DNA of 64,000 nucleotides from Thermoanaerobaculia bacterium (lineage in GTDB: Bacteria > Acidobacteriota > Thermoanaerobaculia > Multivoradales > Multivoraceae). Positions 39,428-49,786 of this stretch are shown piece after piece; position 1 is the stretch's first letter, and each line of letters starts with the position of its first letter. The translations under genes and the position numbers were made by a program. The stretch covers positions 4,576,001 to 4,640,000 of the forward strand of contig OY762911.1 in the NCBI GenBank assembly GCA_963666565.1, read 5' to 3'. The notes under the pieces were generated by a model. That model was not told the DNA's origin. It saw only the letters and a list, made by a program, of their open reading frames with translations, and made no database searches.

Positions 39428-40666
39428 ATGCGGACTATCGATCTCACGGAGTGGGAACCGAGCGGGCCCCTCGCCCTGTCATCCGGCGAACTGGCGGAAC
39501 TCGTCGGGCGACGCCGCGAACTGGACCTGACGATCGAACCGGCCGGCGGTCCGGCCGGCGAGTACGTTCTCAGGCCGGGATCCAAGGTCGGCGCGCTCGA
39601 CCTTGAACGCCTGTCGGTCGTCATCCAACCCAAGCTCGACCTCCGTCGGGTGCTCTACCTCGCATCGTGGGCGATGGGCAGTCCGGGCACCGTCACCTTC
39701 CGGCCCGAGTCCTTCGACTTCAAGGGCGAGCCGACGCTGGTCGAGGCGCTGGTCCCGGCGCTTGCCCACGCGGCCCGGCGCGCCTTCGCCCGCGGGCTTC
39801 TTCACGGATACCGCACCGAGGAGGAAGCGCTCACTACCATCCGCGGACGCATCCGCGTCGACGACCAGATCAGACGGCGGTACGGCGTCCCCATCCCCGT
39901 CGAGGTCCGCTACGACGACTTCACGGACGACATCCTGCCGAACCGGCTGGTGAAAGCGGCGGTGCATCGACTCGGTCGTCTGCGGCTTCGGTCGCGGCAG
40001 TCACGTCGCGACCTTGGCGCCATCCGCGCCACCCTCGACAACGTGAGCCCGGTCGAGTTCCCGCCGAACACCGTCCCGGAAGTGAAGTTCGACCGCCTGA
40101 ACGAGCACTACCGGGAGGTGGTCACCCTGGCGCGGCTGATCCTCCGCCACACGTCCTTTGAAGCGGCGCGCGGCGCCGTGCGGGCGAACGGCTTCCTGAT
40201 GGACATGAACACGGTGTTCCAGGAGTTCGTGACGCGCGCTCTCAGGGAGAAACTGAAACTCACCGAGAGCGCCTTCCCCTCCGACAAGCGACTTTCCCCG
40301 CTGCACCTCGACGACAATCGACAAGTGCGACTCAAGCCGGATCTCTCCTGGTGGGACGGCCCAACGTGCATCTTCGTCGGCGACGCCAAGTACAAGAGCG
40401 TCGAGCACAAGACCGTACGCAACGCCGACCTCTACCAACTCCTCGCCTACACCACCGCCCTCGACCTGCCCGGAGGCCTTCTGATCTACGCCGAAGGCGA
40501 AGCCGACGACGTTGTGCATCGAGTTCGCCACGCCGGGAAGCGGCTCGAAGTCGCCACGCTGGACCTGTCAGGCAGCATAAGCAGCCTCCGAGCCGAGATC
40601 GGCAAACTGGCGGAACGAGTCCGCGACCTCCGTCGTAGCACCCTTGAACTCCGTCGAGCCGCCTGA
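39428..40666 (+). CDS. mcrC: McrC-family PD-(D/E)xK nuclease subunit
   Basis: MDMNTVFQEFV, LKPDL, DAKYK and DLYQLLAY motifs. Confidence 0.92.
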   Translation: MRTIDLTEWEPSGPLALSSGELAELVGRRRELDLTIEPAGGPAGEYVLRPGSKVGALDLERLSVVIQPKLDLRRVLYLASWAMGSPGTVTFRPESFDFKGEPTLVEALVPALAHAARRAFARGLLHGYRTEEEALTTIRGRIRVDDQIRRRYGVPIPVEVRYDDFTDDILPNRLVKAAVHRLGRLRLRSRQSRRDLGAIRATLDNVSPVEFPPNTVPEVKFDRLNEHYREVVTLARLILRHTSFEAARGAVRANGFLMDMNTVFQEFVTRALREKLKLTESAFPSDKRLSPLHLDDNRQVRLKPDLSWWDGPTCIFVGDAKYKSVEHKTVRNADLYQLLAYTTALDLPGGLLIYAEGEADDVVHRVRHAGKRLEVATLDLSGSISSLRAEIGKLAERVRDLRRSTLELRRAA

Positions 40667-40711
40667 AACCACTGGACCTCGACGGGCGGGCGGGCCGGTT
40701 AGCGATTGGCC

Positions 40712-41029
40712 TCAGGCCAATCTGCTCTCGGCGGAGGCCGCTGAAGCAGGCAGTACTTCGCGGTCGATCGCGGCCCCTTGCCTAGCCTCGACAACGGAGA
40801 CGTCGTACGCAGCCTGGAGGTTCATCCACAGGACCGCGCCCGTGCCCATGTAACGACCAAGGCGAACCGCCGTCTCCGCGGTGACAGCCCGCTTCCCGCG
40901 GAGAATCGCCGTGATCCGATTCGCTGGAACTCGGAGCGCGAGTGCCAGTTGGTTGGCAGTCAGTCCTCGAGCTTCGAGTTCTGCCTTGAGAATCTGGCCC
41001 GGGTGGCTTCTCAGTCTGGGCATCGTCAC
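40712..41029 (-). CDS. higA: HigA/VapI-family antitoxin (orphan)
   Basis: HPGQIL..LALALRVPANRITAILRGKRAVTAETAVRL..WMNLQAAYD. Confidence 0.92.
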   Translation of the reverse strand: MTMPRLRSHPGQILKAELEARGLTANQLALALRVPANRITAILRGKRAVTAETAVRLGRYMGTGAVLWMNLQAAYDVSVVEARQGAAIDREVLPASAASAESRLA

Positions 41030-41082
41030 CCCTTGTCGTAGTCCTCGATCACAACGTGCGGCGCATGGTAGTCGACTGTCTC
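41026..41082 (-). pseudogene. HigB toxin C-terminal remnant
   Basis: ..ETVDYHAPHVVIEDYDKG* immediately upstream of higA resembles the HigB end (V.IVDYH). Confidence 0.5.
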
Positions 41083-41171
41083 ACCCCGTGGACGTCAGCG
41101 AACTCGGCGGACATCCCGTTCCCGGCATGCAGGAGCAGCCGATACGCTGGCGCGCCCGAAGAGGCCCGACC

Positions 41172-41915
41172 GTGCGACGACTCACCGACTACCGCGTCCT
41201 GACATTCGACTGCTACGGCACCCTGATCGACTGGGAGACCGGCATCTGGGACGCGCTGCGGCCGCTGATCATGCGGAACCGCGACGCCGAGGTCACCCGC
41301 GAGGCCGCGCTGTTCGCGTTCGGGCAGTGCGAGAGCCTTCAGGAGCAGGAGACGCCCGATCTGCTCTACTCCGACCTGCTGGCCCGCGTGCATGGACGCA
41401 TCGCCGACCGCCTGGGCATGCGAACGAAGCCGGAACTCGACGAAGCGTTCGGCGCTTCGGTTCCCGACTGGCCGGCGTTCCCGGACACGGCGGACGCCCT
41501 GCGCGTGCTCAAGCGACACTTCCGGCTCGTCATTCTCTCCAACGTTCACAAGGACGGCATCGCGGGCTCGAACCGCAAGCTCGGTGTCGAGTTCGACGCG
41601 ATCTACACGGCTGAGGACATCGGTTCCTACAAGCCGGCCGACCGGAACTTCGAGTATCTGCTCGATCACCTCCAGTCCGACTTCGGACTCGACCGGTCCG
41701 ACATCCTGCACACGGCGCAGAGCCTCCACCACGACCATGTGCCCGCGAACCGATTCGGGCTCGCGAACGCCTGGATCGACCGCCAACGGCTCTCCGAGGG
41801 CGGAAGCTGGGGCGCTACCGAACGGGTCGAGACGATGCCAACGACCGACTTCGTGTTCTTCTCGATGGGCGAGATGGCAGCGGCCGTGACGGCGTGCGCG
41901 AGCGCCAAGGCGTAG
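41172..41915 (+). CDS. HAD-superfamily hydrolase (haloacid dehalogenase-like)
   Basis: FDCYGTLIDWE, ILSN, SYKP and AQSLHHDH motifs. Confidence 0.92.
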   Translation: MRRLTDYRVLTFDCYGTLIDWETGIWDALRPLIMRNRDAEVTREAALFAFGQCESLQEQETPDLLYSDLLARVHGRIADRLGMRTKPELDEAFGASVPDWPAFPDTADALRVLKRHFRLVILSNVHKDGIAGSNRKLGVEFDAIYTAEDIGSYKPADRNFEYLLDHLQSDFGLDRSDILHTAQSLHHDHVPANRFGLANAWIDRQRLSEGGSWGATERVETMPTTDFVFFSMGEMAAAVTACASAKA

Positions 41916-41940
41916 CGGGCCGAACCGCGGTCGCCGCTCT

Positions 41941-43527
41941 TCAGCCGTCCTCCTCCACCGTCAACCGGTACTTCGCAGCGGTCAGGTACCTGGCCTCCTG
42001 GCGCAGGTCGGCCCTGGTCAAGGGCGACTTCTCCAGCCAGGCCGCGGGCAGCACGAGCCTCAGATCGCGCCCGTCGACTTCGAGCTTGACCGCCAGTGGT
42101 TCGTCCCGCCGGCTGCGGTGGAGTACCGCCGCGAGCCGCAGCAGGACGGCGCCGCGCCGAGCCGGCCGCCGCCATCCCGAGGGCAGGCGGTCGAAGATCT
42201 GGCGCGGGAACTTGCGGCGGTGGCTGCGCACGAGGGAAGCCAGCAGCAGGTGCTCCTGCAGGGAGAACCCGTGCATCTCCGCGTTCTCGACGATGTAGGC
42301 GCCGTGCTTGTGAAAGCCCGCGTGGTTGATGTCCAGGCCGACTTCGTGCAACTGGGCGGCCCAGGAGAGCATGAGCCACGGGAGTTGTCCCGTGAGATTC
42401 CAGGCTTCAGCGCACTGGTCGAGCAACTGAAGTGCCGTCTCACGCACTCGTTCCGCCTGTTCCGGCTGCACGTGGTAGCGCCGGGCCATCGACTCGACGG
42501 CCGCGTGCCGGGTGTCTTCGTGGTGCAGCCGGCCGAGCAGGTCGTACAGGGCCCCTTCCCGCAGAGCGCCGCCGGCAACCCGCATGCTCTCGATGCCGAG
42601 CGCCTTGAAGACGGCGAGCAGCACGGCGACGCCGCCGGCGAACACCGGCGCCCGGCCCTCGCTCAGGCCCTTGATGCCGCCGCGTACCGTGCTGCCGCGC
42701 TCGATCAGCGCTTCGCGCAGCCTGAGCAGCGCCTCGAGCGTGATGCCCTGCTCGCACCAGCCGGCCGCCTGCACCACTTCGGCGACCGAGCGAACGGTGC
42801 CCGAGGAACCGACCGCCGCGCTCCAGCCGGCGCCGGCGCGAAACCGGCTTTCCACGGGTTCCAGCTCCTGGAGCGCCGCGATCTCGGCCCGCCGCCAGCG
42901 CTTCTCCTTCACGCGGCCGTTGCGGAAGTGGCGCAGGCTGAAGCTGACGCAGCCCATGTACAGGCTCTCCAGGTCGAGCGGCTTCGAGCCTTCGCCGACG
43001 ATCAGTTCCGTCGAGCCGCCGCCGATGTCGACCACGAGGCGCCGCTCGTCGCCGGCAAGGCTCCGCGACACGCCGAGGTAGATCAGCCGCGCCTCCTCCA
43101 GGCCCGACACGATCTCGACCGGGTGGCCCAGCGCGCGCTGCGCCGCCTCCAGCAGATCGCGAGCGTTGCGGGCGCGGCGCAGCGTGTTCGTGCCCACGAC
43201 GCGGACGGTTCCCTGCGGAAACGAGCGGACGCGCTCGCCGAAGCGGCCGAGGCAGTCGAGAGCGCGGGCCGACGCTTCCGGCGTGAGCCGCTTGCGCTCG
43301 TCGAGCCCCGCGGCCAGCCGCACGAACTCCTTGCGCCGGTCGACGAACACGAGCTGCCCGCCCCGCACTTCGGCCACGACCAGGTGAAAGCTGTTGGAGC
43401 CCAGATCGGCGGCGGCGACCACCTCCGGCTCCGCCGGCGGGAGAGCGGGTGATCGCTGCGAGTCGGCCGCGGCGACGACCTCCGGGTCCGGCGGCGGCCG
43501 GCGCTGCGGTTGCGGCGAGTCCTCCAT
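41941..43527 (-). CDS. ppx: Exopolyphosphatase Ppx/GppA
   Basis: DLGSNSFHL, GLEEARLIY, DIGGGSTE, ALREGAL motifs and a C-terminal HD-like region. Confidence 0.93.
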   Translation of the reverse strand: MEDSPQPQRRPPPDPEVVAAADSQRSPALPPAEPEVVAAADLGSNSFHLVVAEVRGGQLVFVDRRKEFVRLAAGLDERKRLTPEASARALDCLGRFGERVRSFPQGTVRVVGTNTLRRARNARDLLEAAQRALGHPVEIVSGLEEARLIYLGVSRSLAGDERRLVVDIGGGSTELIVGEGSKPLDLESLYMGCVSFSLRHFRNGRVKEKRWRRAEIAALQELEPVESRFRAGAGWSAAVGSSGTVRSVAEVVQAAGWCEQGITLEALLRLREALIERGSTVRGGIKGLSEGRAPVFAGGVAVLLAVFKALGIESMRVAGGALREGALYDLLGRLHHEDTRHAAVESMARRYHVQPEQAERVRETALQLLDQCAEAWNLTGQLPWLMLSWAAQLHEVGLDINHAGFHKHGAYIVENAEMHGFSLQEHLLLASLVRSHRRKFPRQIFDRLPSGWRRPARRGAVLLRLAAVLHRSRRDEPLAVKLEVDGRDLRLVLPAAWLEKSPLTRADLRQEARYLTAAKYRLTVEEDG

Positions 43528-43552
43528 CGACGCGCAAGTATGATCGCTCGCC

Positions 43553-44623
43553 ATGCCGGTCGAACTCCGCTCCGACACGATGACCCGGCCGTCCCCGGCC
43601 ATGCGCGAGGCGATGGCCGCGGCCGAGGTCGGCGACGACGTCTTCCACGAGGATCCGACGGTCAACCGCCTCCAGGAGCGGGTCGCCGACATGCTGGGCC
43701 GCGAGGCGGCGCTGTTCGTCCCTTCCGGCACGCAGGGCAACCTGTCGTCCCTGCTCGGGCACGAACTGCCCCGCGGCAGCGAGGTGCTGCTCGAATCGAA
43801 CGCCCACATCATCAACCACGAGAACAACGGGATCACGGGCATCGGCGGACTCCTGCCGCGCGCGGTGACGGCGGAGGCCGACGGCATCCTGGCGCCGGAA
43901 CAGGTCGAGGCGGCCATCCAGCCCGACCACCCGACGCTGGCCCCGACCCGGCTGCTCTGCCTGGAGAACAGTTGCAACCAGGCCGGCGGAACGGTCTACG
44001 AACCCGAGCGCACGCGGGCGCTCTGCGATCTGGCGCACCGCCGCGGCCTGCGCGTCCACCTCGACGGCGCGCGCCTCTTCAACGCCGCCACCGCGCTCGG
44101 CTGCACGCCGGCCGAAGCCGCGGGTCCCGTCGACTCGCTCTCGTTCTGCTTTTCGAAGGGCCTGGGGGCGCCGGCCGGCTCGATCGTCGCCGGCTCGCGC
44201 GACTTCATCCGCAACGTCCGGCGCTACCGCCAGATGTGCGGCGGCCAGATGCGCCAGGTCGGCGTGCTCGCCGCGGCCGCCGAAGTTGCCCTCGACGAAA
44301 GCCCGCCGCTGCTCGCGCAGGACCACCAGAACGCCCGGCTGCTGGCGGACACGCTGAACGACCTGCCAGGCGTCGCGCTGGTCGCCAAGCAGCGGACGAA
44401 CATCCTCATCTTCTCCGTCGAGGGCACGGGCCGCACCGCCGCGGAGTGCGTCGAGGCGTTGCGGCGCGAAGGCGTGCTGTGCCTGGACGTGAGCCCGGTC
44501 CGCATCCGGCTCGTCACCCACCGCGACGTGAGTCCCGAAGAGACGGCGCAGGCAGCCGAGGCGCTCACCCGGGTGTTCGGCGCCCAGGACTTCGCACGAC
44601 GGCAACGGACCGAAGAGCCCTGA
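43553..44623 (+). CDS. ltaE: Low-specificity L-threonine aldolase
   Basis: LRSDTMT, VGDDV..EDPTV, HLDGARLFNA and FSKGLGAPAGS motifs. Confidence 0.93.
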   Translation: MPVELRSDTMTRPSPAMREAMAAAEVGDDVFHEDPTVNRLQERVADMLGREAALFVPSGTQGNLSSLLGHELPRGSEVLLESNAHIINHENNGITGIGGLLPRAVTAEADGILAPEQVEAAIQPDHPTLAPTRLLCLENSCNQAGGTVYEPERTRALCDLAHRRGLRVHLDGARLFNAATALGCTPAEAAGPVDSLSFCFSKGLGAPAGSIVAGSRDFIRNVRRYRQMCGGQMRQVGVLAAAAEVALDESPPLLAQDHQNARLLADTLNDLPGVALVAKQRTNILIFSVEGTGRTAAECVEALRREGVLCLDVSPVRIRLVTHRDVSPEETAQAAEALTRVFGAQDFARRQRTEEP

Positions 44624-44645
44624 CGGCGGGCGGAGTGCCGGGAAG

Positions 44646-45146
44646 GTGGGAGACGAGGCCAGGGTCCGAGCCACGGACGAGCCGGTCGGCGGCGCCGAAG
44701 AACGCGGACTGGTTCCGGTCCGGCCGTTCGAGGAGCTGCGCGTCGGCGAGACCTTCCCGCTGCCGAGCCGCACGGTGACCGAGGCCCACTTCGCCGCGTT
44801 CCAGGCGATCTCGGGCGACAATCATCCGATCCACTACGACGTGGAGTACTGCCGGTCGCAGGGCCACGACGGGCTGCTCGCCCACGGGCTGCAGGTGCTC
44901 TGCTACACGGCCGCCGGCGCCGGCACGTTCGCCGACGCGGTCGGGCGCGCCATGATCGGCTACCTTGAGCAGTCGTGCCGCTTCCTGAAGCCGGTGTATC
45001 CGGGGGACACGCTGTATCCGACGCTCCGCATCGCGGAACTGAAGCGCCAGCGGACGACCGGCGTGATCGTGCTGGAGAGCGAGATCGACAACCAGCGCGG
45101 CGAACGGGTGCTGGAGGGCCGTCAGAGCTACCTGGTGCGGCTGTAG
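44646..45146 (+). CDS. MaoC-family dehydratase
   Basis: SGDNHPIHYD, LAHG and FLKPVYPGDTL motifs. Confidence 0.9.
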   Translation: MGDEARVRATDEPVGGAEERGLVPVRPFEELRVGETFPLPSRTVTEAHFAAFQAISGDNHPIHYDVEYCRSQGHDGLLAHGLQVLCYTAAGAGTFADAVGRAMIGYLEQSCRFLKPVYPGDTLYPTLRIAELKRQRTTGVIVLESEIDNQRGERVLEGRQSYLVRL

Positions 45147-45178
45147 CGGCGGCAGCGGGTCGGAAGACCCGCGCACCC
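45147..45178 (-). repeat. REP-like palindrome, family A, between convergent genes
   Basis: CGGCGGCAGCGGGTCGGAAGACCCGCGCACCC. Confidence 0.85.
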
Positions 45179-45180
45179 AG

Positions 45181-46038
45181 TCAGCGCAGCGGCTCGAAGT
45201 CGAACACGGGGGACGCGGCGCCAACAAGCGGCACGGCGCGCACGTGGAACACGCGCAGCAGAAGCTCCGGCGTCAGCACGTCGGTCGGCGGCCCTTCGGC
45301 AACCAGGGCGCCCGCGTCGAGCACGGCCACCCGGTCGGCGAAACGCGCGGCGCCGTTCAGGTCGTGCAGAACCAGAACGACCGAGCGCCCCTCGTCGACC
45401 AGCCGGCGCGCGAGGCCCAGAAGGTCGAGGCCGTGGGCGAGATCGAGGTTCGACGTCGGCTCGTCGAGCAGCAGGATCTCCGCCTCGGTGGCGAGGCAGC
45501 GGGCCATCAGCACTCGCTGCAGTTCGCCGCCGGAGAGCGTCGTCACCCGCCGGTCGGCGAGGGAACGGACATCCGAGTCGTCCAGGCAGTGGTCGATCCA
45601 GCCGCGGTCGGCGGAACGAGTGCCGAAGAGCCGGCTTTCGTGGGGGTAGCGGCCCAGCGTCACGAACTCGCGCACCGTGAACTCGAAGGTCGGGCGCACC
45701 GACTGCGGCACGTAGGCGACCTGCCGAGCCGCCTGCCTTCGCGGCATCCTCGCCAGGTCGACGCCGCCGAGCAGCGCTCGCCCTTCGGTGAGCCGCCAGG
45801 CGCCGCTCAAGAGCTTCAGCAACGTCGACTTGCCGGCGCCGTTCGGCCCCACGACCGAGGTCAGCGTGGCGGGCTCGACGACCAGGTCGACGCCCCGCAG
45901 CAGCCAGCGGCCGCTGCGCTCGACGCCGCCGTTCACGAGTTCCAGCCGGGGCGCCTCGCCGGCCCCGGATGCCGGCGGAGACGCCGGCGCACCACGCGGT
46001 CGCCGCGATGCCGGCCCCTCGCCGGCGCGCACGGTCAC
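45181..46038 (-). CDS. Fe-siderophore/heme/cobalamin ABC transporter ATPase
   Basis: GPNGAGKS, LSGGELQRV, LLLDEPT and LHDLN motifs. Confidence 0.92.
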   Translation of the reverse strand: MTVRAGEGPASRRPRGAPASPPASGAGEAPRLELVNGGVERSGRWLLRGVDLVVEPATLTSVVGPNGAGKSTLLKLLSGAWRLTEGRALLGGVDLARMPRRQAARQVAYVPQSVRPTFEFTVREFVTLGRYPHESRLFGTRSADRGWIDHCLDDSDVRSLADRRVTTLSGGELQRVLMARCLATEAEILLLDEPTSNLDLAHGLDLLGLARRLVDEGRSVVLVLHDLNGAARFADRVAVLDAGALVAEGPPTDVLTPELLLRVFHVRAVPLVGAASPVFDFEPLR

Positions 46039-47093
46039 CGCGACACCGCCACTTCCTTCTCGTGGCGCACCAGGAGATACAGGAAGAAGGGCGCCCCGAC
46101 GAACGCCGTCACGACCCCCAGGAAGAGCTCCCTCGGCGCCGCCAGCGTGCGCGCAAGCAAGTCGGCGCCGACGACGAACCAGGCGCCGGTCAGGAACGCG
46201 GCCGGCAGCAGCCGGCGGTGGGCGGGGCCCAGGAGGAGGCGCACGAGGTGCGGCACGACGAGCCCCACGAAACCGACCACGCCGCTGACCGCGACCGCGC
46301 TGCCGGTCAGGATCGCCGCGCTCCACAGTACCGCCCGCTTCGCCCGCGCCACGTCGACCCCGAGCGACGCCGCCACCTCTTCGCCTTCCAGCAGCAGGTC
46401 CAGGTCGCGCGCGAACCAGGCCGCCACGAGGCAGCCCGCGACCATCCCCGGCGCCAGCATGCCGACGTGCAGCCACCCCCGGTCCGCGACGCCGCCCATC
46501 ATCCAGAAGGCGATCTGGCGCGCCGCCTCGTACTGTTCCCAGGAGCGGGCGATCAGCCACGAGTTCACCGCCGCCAGCAGCGCGTTGAGCGCGACTCCGG
46601 CGAGCAGCAGCGTGGTCACGGGCGTGTAGCCGTCGCGCGTGGCGATCCGCGTCACGATCAGCAGCGACAGAAGCGCGCCTCCGACCGCGAACAGGGGCGC
46701 GACGAGGGCGAAGGCGCCGGCCAGACCGAACGTCAGCGCGAAGACGGCGCCGACCGCGGCGCCGGTGCTGGTGCCGACGATTCCCGGCGAGGCGAGCGGG
46801 TTGCGAAACAACCCCTGCATCTGCGCGCCCGCGAGCGCCAGGCAGCCGCCGACCATCGCGGCCACGACCACCCGCGGCGCCCGCAGGGACCACACGATCG
46901 TCTCCACCCGCGGGTCGGCGGCGCCGTAATCGCCGGGCAGCAGGCGCGTCGCCAGCACCGCCGCCACGTCGGCCGGTTCGAGCGCGACCGAGCCGCGGTA
47001 CAGGCCCACCGCCGCGAACCCGGCGAGCAGCACGGCCCCGCCGGCCATGTACCACCAGAACCGGACCCGGCGCATCCTCAGAGCGACCTTCAT
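46035..47093 (-). CDS. FecCD/BtuC-family permease
   Basis: LRAPR, QGLFRNPLASP and GFVGLVVPH motifs. Confidence 0.93.
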   Translation of the reverse strand: MKVALRMRRVRFWWYMAGGAVLLAGFAAVGLYRGSVALEPADVAAVLATRLLPGDYGAADPRVETIVWSLRAPRVVVAAMVGGCLALAGAQMQGLFRNPLASPGIVGTSTGAAVGAVFALTFGLAGAFALVAPLFAVGGALLSLLIVTRIATRDGYTPVTTLLLAGVALNALLAAVNSWLIARSWEQYEAARQIAFWMMGGVADRGWLHVGMLAPGMVAGCLVAAWFARDLDLLLEGEEVAASLGVDVARAKRAVLWSAAILTGSAVAVSGVVGFVGLVVPHLVRLLLGPAHRRLLPAAFLTGAWFVVGADLLARTLAAPRELFLGVVTAFVGAPFFLYLLVRHEKEVAVSR

Positions 47094-48226
47094 TCCGCGT
47101 CGACCGCGGCCAGGGTCGGACCGCCCGCGGCGTCCATCCGGACCGCTGCGTTCGCCCGGACCGCGGCGTTCATCCGGCCCGCGGCGTCCGTCGGGCCCGC
47201 GGCCTCCATCCTGCCCGCGGCCTCGACGAGAGCGTCCGCCAGCCGCTCGACCAGTCCGGCGACGTGGTGGGAGACGGTGGCCATGTCGCGGCCGTCGAGC
47301 GCGACGACGTTGCCCAGCGCTGCGGCCCGCGTGCCGTCGGGCAGCCCGACCGCCGCGTCGTCCCCCACGTAGGACTCGGTGAAGATCACGTCCGGGTTCC
47401 ACAGGAGCACCTGCTCGGTGCTGATCCGCGGCCAGCCGAGGAGCCCCTGCTCGGCGGCCAGGTTCACCGCCCCGAGGTAGCTGATGGCATCGTCGAAGAG
47501 CGTCCGGCCGCCCAGCGCCACGCCGCCGCTGTAGTGGACGACGCGCAGGCCGGCGACCTTCGCGCCCGCCCGCGCGCGCGCCTCCTCAAGCCGGCCCCGC
47601 AGTTCCGCCGCCAGCCGCTCCGCCTCCGCATCGCGGCCGATGGCGAAGCCGACGACCCGGATGTTGCGCTCGACCGCGGCCAGGCTCTCGTGGTTTCGCA
47701 GGACGACGACCGGCATGCCGGATGCCTCCAACTGCGCCAGCGTCTCCTGGGTGTTGAAGCCCGCCGCGAACACGAGGTCGGGCGCAGCCGCCAGGATCTC
47801 CTCGGTGCTGAAGCCGCCGACGCGCCCCAGCCTCCGCGCGGCGTCCGCGCTGCGGCTGTACTCCGGGTCGGCAGCGAACGGCGACAGCAGCACGATCCGC
47901 TCCGGCTCGGCGATCTCCAGCAGGATCTCGTCGGTCCCCAGGGTGCGCGACACGATGCGCTCGGGCGGCGCCGCGAGCCGAGCCACCCGGCCGCCGCCGC
48001 GCACTTCGCGCCAGGCGCCGGCGCCGCCCGGCTCGACGAGTTCGAGCTCGGCGCCAGCCACGTTCTCCAGGTACTCGGCGTGCCCCGCCTGCAGTCCCGC
48101 GCCGTCGGCGGCATCCGCCGACGCGGCGCCGCCATCCGCAGCGCCGCCGCAGCCGACGACCGCGACCGCCGCGAGAACCGCCGCGGCGATGTCAGGCGCC
48201 ACGCCGAGCGTTGTCCGAGCGCCCAT
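47090..48226 (-). CDS. Periplasmic binding lipoprotein (BtuF/HmuT-like)
   Basis: Lipobox VVGC; [17 protein letters not shown] and WNPDVI motifs; start uncertain. Confidence 0.88.
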   Translation of the reverse strand: MGARTTLGVAPDIAAAVLAAVAVVGCGGAADGGAASADAADGAGLQAGHAEYLENVAGAELELVEPGGAGAWREVRGGGRVARLAAPPERIVSRTLGTDEILLEIAEPERIVLLSPFAADPEYSRSADAARRLGRVGGFSTEEILAAAPDLVFAAGFNTQETLAQLEASGMPVVVLRNHESLAAVERNIRVVGFAIGRDAEAERLAAELRGRLEEARARAGAKVAGLRVVHYSGGVALGGRTLFDDAISYLGAVNLAAEQGLLGWPRISTEQVLLWNPDVIFTESYVGDDAAVGLPDGTRAAALGNVVALDGRDMATVSHHVAGLVERLADALVEAAGRMEAAGPTDAAGRMNAAVRANAAVRMDAAGGPTLAAVDAE

Positions 48227-48295
48227 CGTTGCGGTCGGCCAGAGCATCGGATCGAAGCTATACTGCCGCCCCCTCAGGACAAAGGGAGCAACTCG

Positions 48296-48781
48296 ATGAG
48301 CATCAAGACCGGGGAGACGATCCCGGAAGCCAGTTTCAAGCGGATGACTTCGGACGGCATCGTCGACATCTCGACGCGGGAGCTGTTCGAAGGCAAGAAG
48401 GTCGTCCTCTTCGCCGTGCCGGGCGCCCTGACGCCGACGTGTTCCGAGGTCCACATGCCCGGTTTCGTCGAGCATCTGGAGACGATCAAGGCCAGCGACA
48501 TCGACACGGTGGCCTGCCTGGCCGTCAACGACGTCTTCGTCATCAACGAGTGGCGCAAGACGCGGGACATCCCCGACGACATCGTGCTGCTGTCGGACGG
48601 CAACTGCGAGTTCACCGCCAAGGTCGGGCTGGAACTCGACGCCTCCCGCTTCGGCATGGGCACCAGGTCGCGGCGCTACGCGGCGATCGTCGACGACGGC
48701 GTGGTGACCTACCTCGGCGTCGAGCCGGCCGGCGAAGTCGGCGTCAGCGGCGCCGAAGCGGTCCTCGAACAGCTCGGCTGA
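48296..48781 (+). CDS. Peroxiredoxin (Prx5 type)
   Basis: [22 protein letters not shown] and RSRRYA motifs. Confidence 0.93.
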   Translation: MSIKTGETIPEASFKRMTSDGIVDISTRELFEGKKVVLFAVPGALTPTCSEVHMPGFVEHLETIKASDIDTVACLAVNDVFVINEWRKTRDIPDDIVLLSDGNCEFTAKVGLELDASRFGMGTRSRRYAAIVDDGVVTYLGVEPAGEVGVSGAEAVLEQLG

Positions 48782-48813
48782 TTCGCCCGCCGGTCCACAG
48801 CCTTGGGGGTCTC

Positions 48814-49773
48814 TTGACCAGCCACCGGGTCGACAGCCTCACGGATTCGATCTACGTCCCCTTCGACGAAGAGGCGTGGGGCCGGCTGCGGGCCGAAACG
48901 CCGTTGCCGCTTTCCGAGGAGGAGCTGGAGCGGCTGCGCGGCATCAACGAGCAGGTCTCGCTCGACGAGGTCGCGCAGATCTACCTGCCGATGTCTCGGC
49001 TGCTCAACCTCTACGTGGGCGCCACCCAGGACCTCTACCGGGCCAGCAGCACCTTCCTGGGCGGGCTGACCGCCAAGGTGCCGTACATCATCGGGATCGG
49101 CGGCAGCGTCGCGGTGGGCAAGAGCACGACCGGCCGCATTCTGCGGGAGCTGCTCGCGCGCTGGCCGAACCACCCCCAGGTCGACCTGGTGACGACCGAC
49201 GGCTTCCTCCATTCCAACGCGGTGCTGGAGGAACGCGACCTGATGGAGCGCAAGGGCTTCCCGGAGAGCTTCGACCTGCGGACGCTGGTGAACTTCGTGC
49301 TCCAGGTGAAGTCGGGCGAGAGGAAGGTCGAGCACCCGGTCTACTCGCACCATTCGTACGACATCCTGCCCGGCGTCACCGAGGTCGTCGACCAGCCCGA
49401 CATCGTCATCCTCGAGGGCCTGAACGTGCTCCAGGCGCGCTCTCAGTCACCGTCGCGAAACAGCCGGCTGATGCTCTCCGACCTGTTCGACTTCTCGATC
49501 TACGTGGACGCCGAGACGGAGGTCATCGAGCGCTGGTACGTCGAGCGGTTCCTGACCTTCCGCGACACGGCGTTCCGGGATCCGGACGCCTACTTTCACC
49601 GCTACGCCAGCCTGAGCGAGCAGGACGCGACCGACACCGCCCGCGACATCTGGAAGCGGATCAACGAGCCCAACCTGGTCCAGAACATCCTGCCGACCCG
49701 CGAGCGCGCCGACCTGATCCTGGAAAAGGCGCCCGACCACGCCGTCCGGCGCATCCGCCTGCGCAAGCTGTAG
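48814..49773 (+). CDS. coaA: Type I pantothenate kinase
   Basis: [22 protein letters not shown] and ILEGLNVLQ motifs. Confidence 0.95.
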   Translation: MTSHRVDSLTDSIYVPFDEEAWGRLRAETPLPLSEEELERLRGINEQVSLDEVAQIYLPMSRLLNLYVGATQDLYRASSTFLGGLTAKVPYIIGIGGSVAVGKSTTGRILRELLARWPNHPQVDLVTTDGFLHSNAVLEERDLMERKGFPESFDLRTLVNFVLQVKSGERKVEHPVYSHHSYDILPGVTEVVDQPDIVILEGLNVLQARSQSPSRNSRLMLSDLFDFSIYVDAETEVIERWYVERFLTFRDTAFRDPDAYFHRYASLSEQDATDTARDIWKRINEPNLVQNILPTRERADLILEKAPDHAVRRIRLRKL

Positions 49774-49786
49774 CGGCCGCAAACCT

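Noticed and set aside
33429-41100. Prophage or ICE explanation for the defence island
   Set aside because: No integrase, transposase, tRNA target, structural or conjugation genes recognised
48226-48296. Cobalamin riboswitch or Fur box upstream of the Btu/Fec-like ABC operon
   Set aside because: Intergenic space is too short and no consensus is visible, so the substrate is left unassigned
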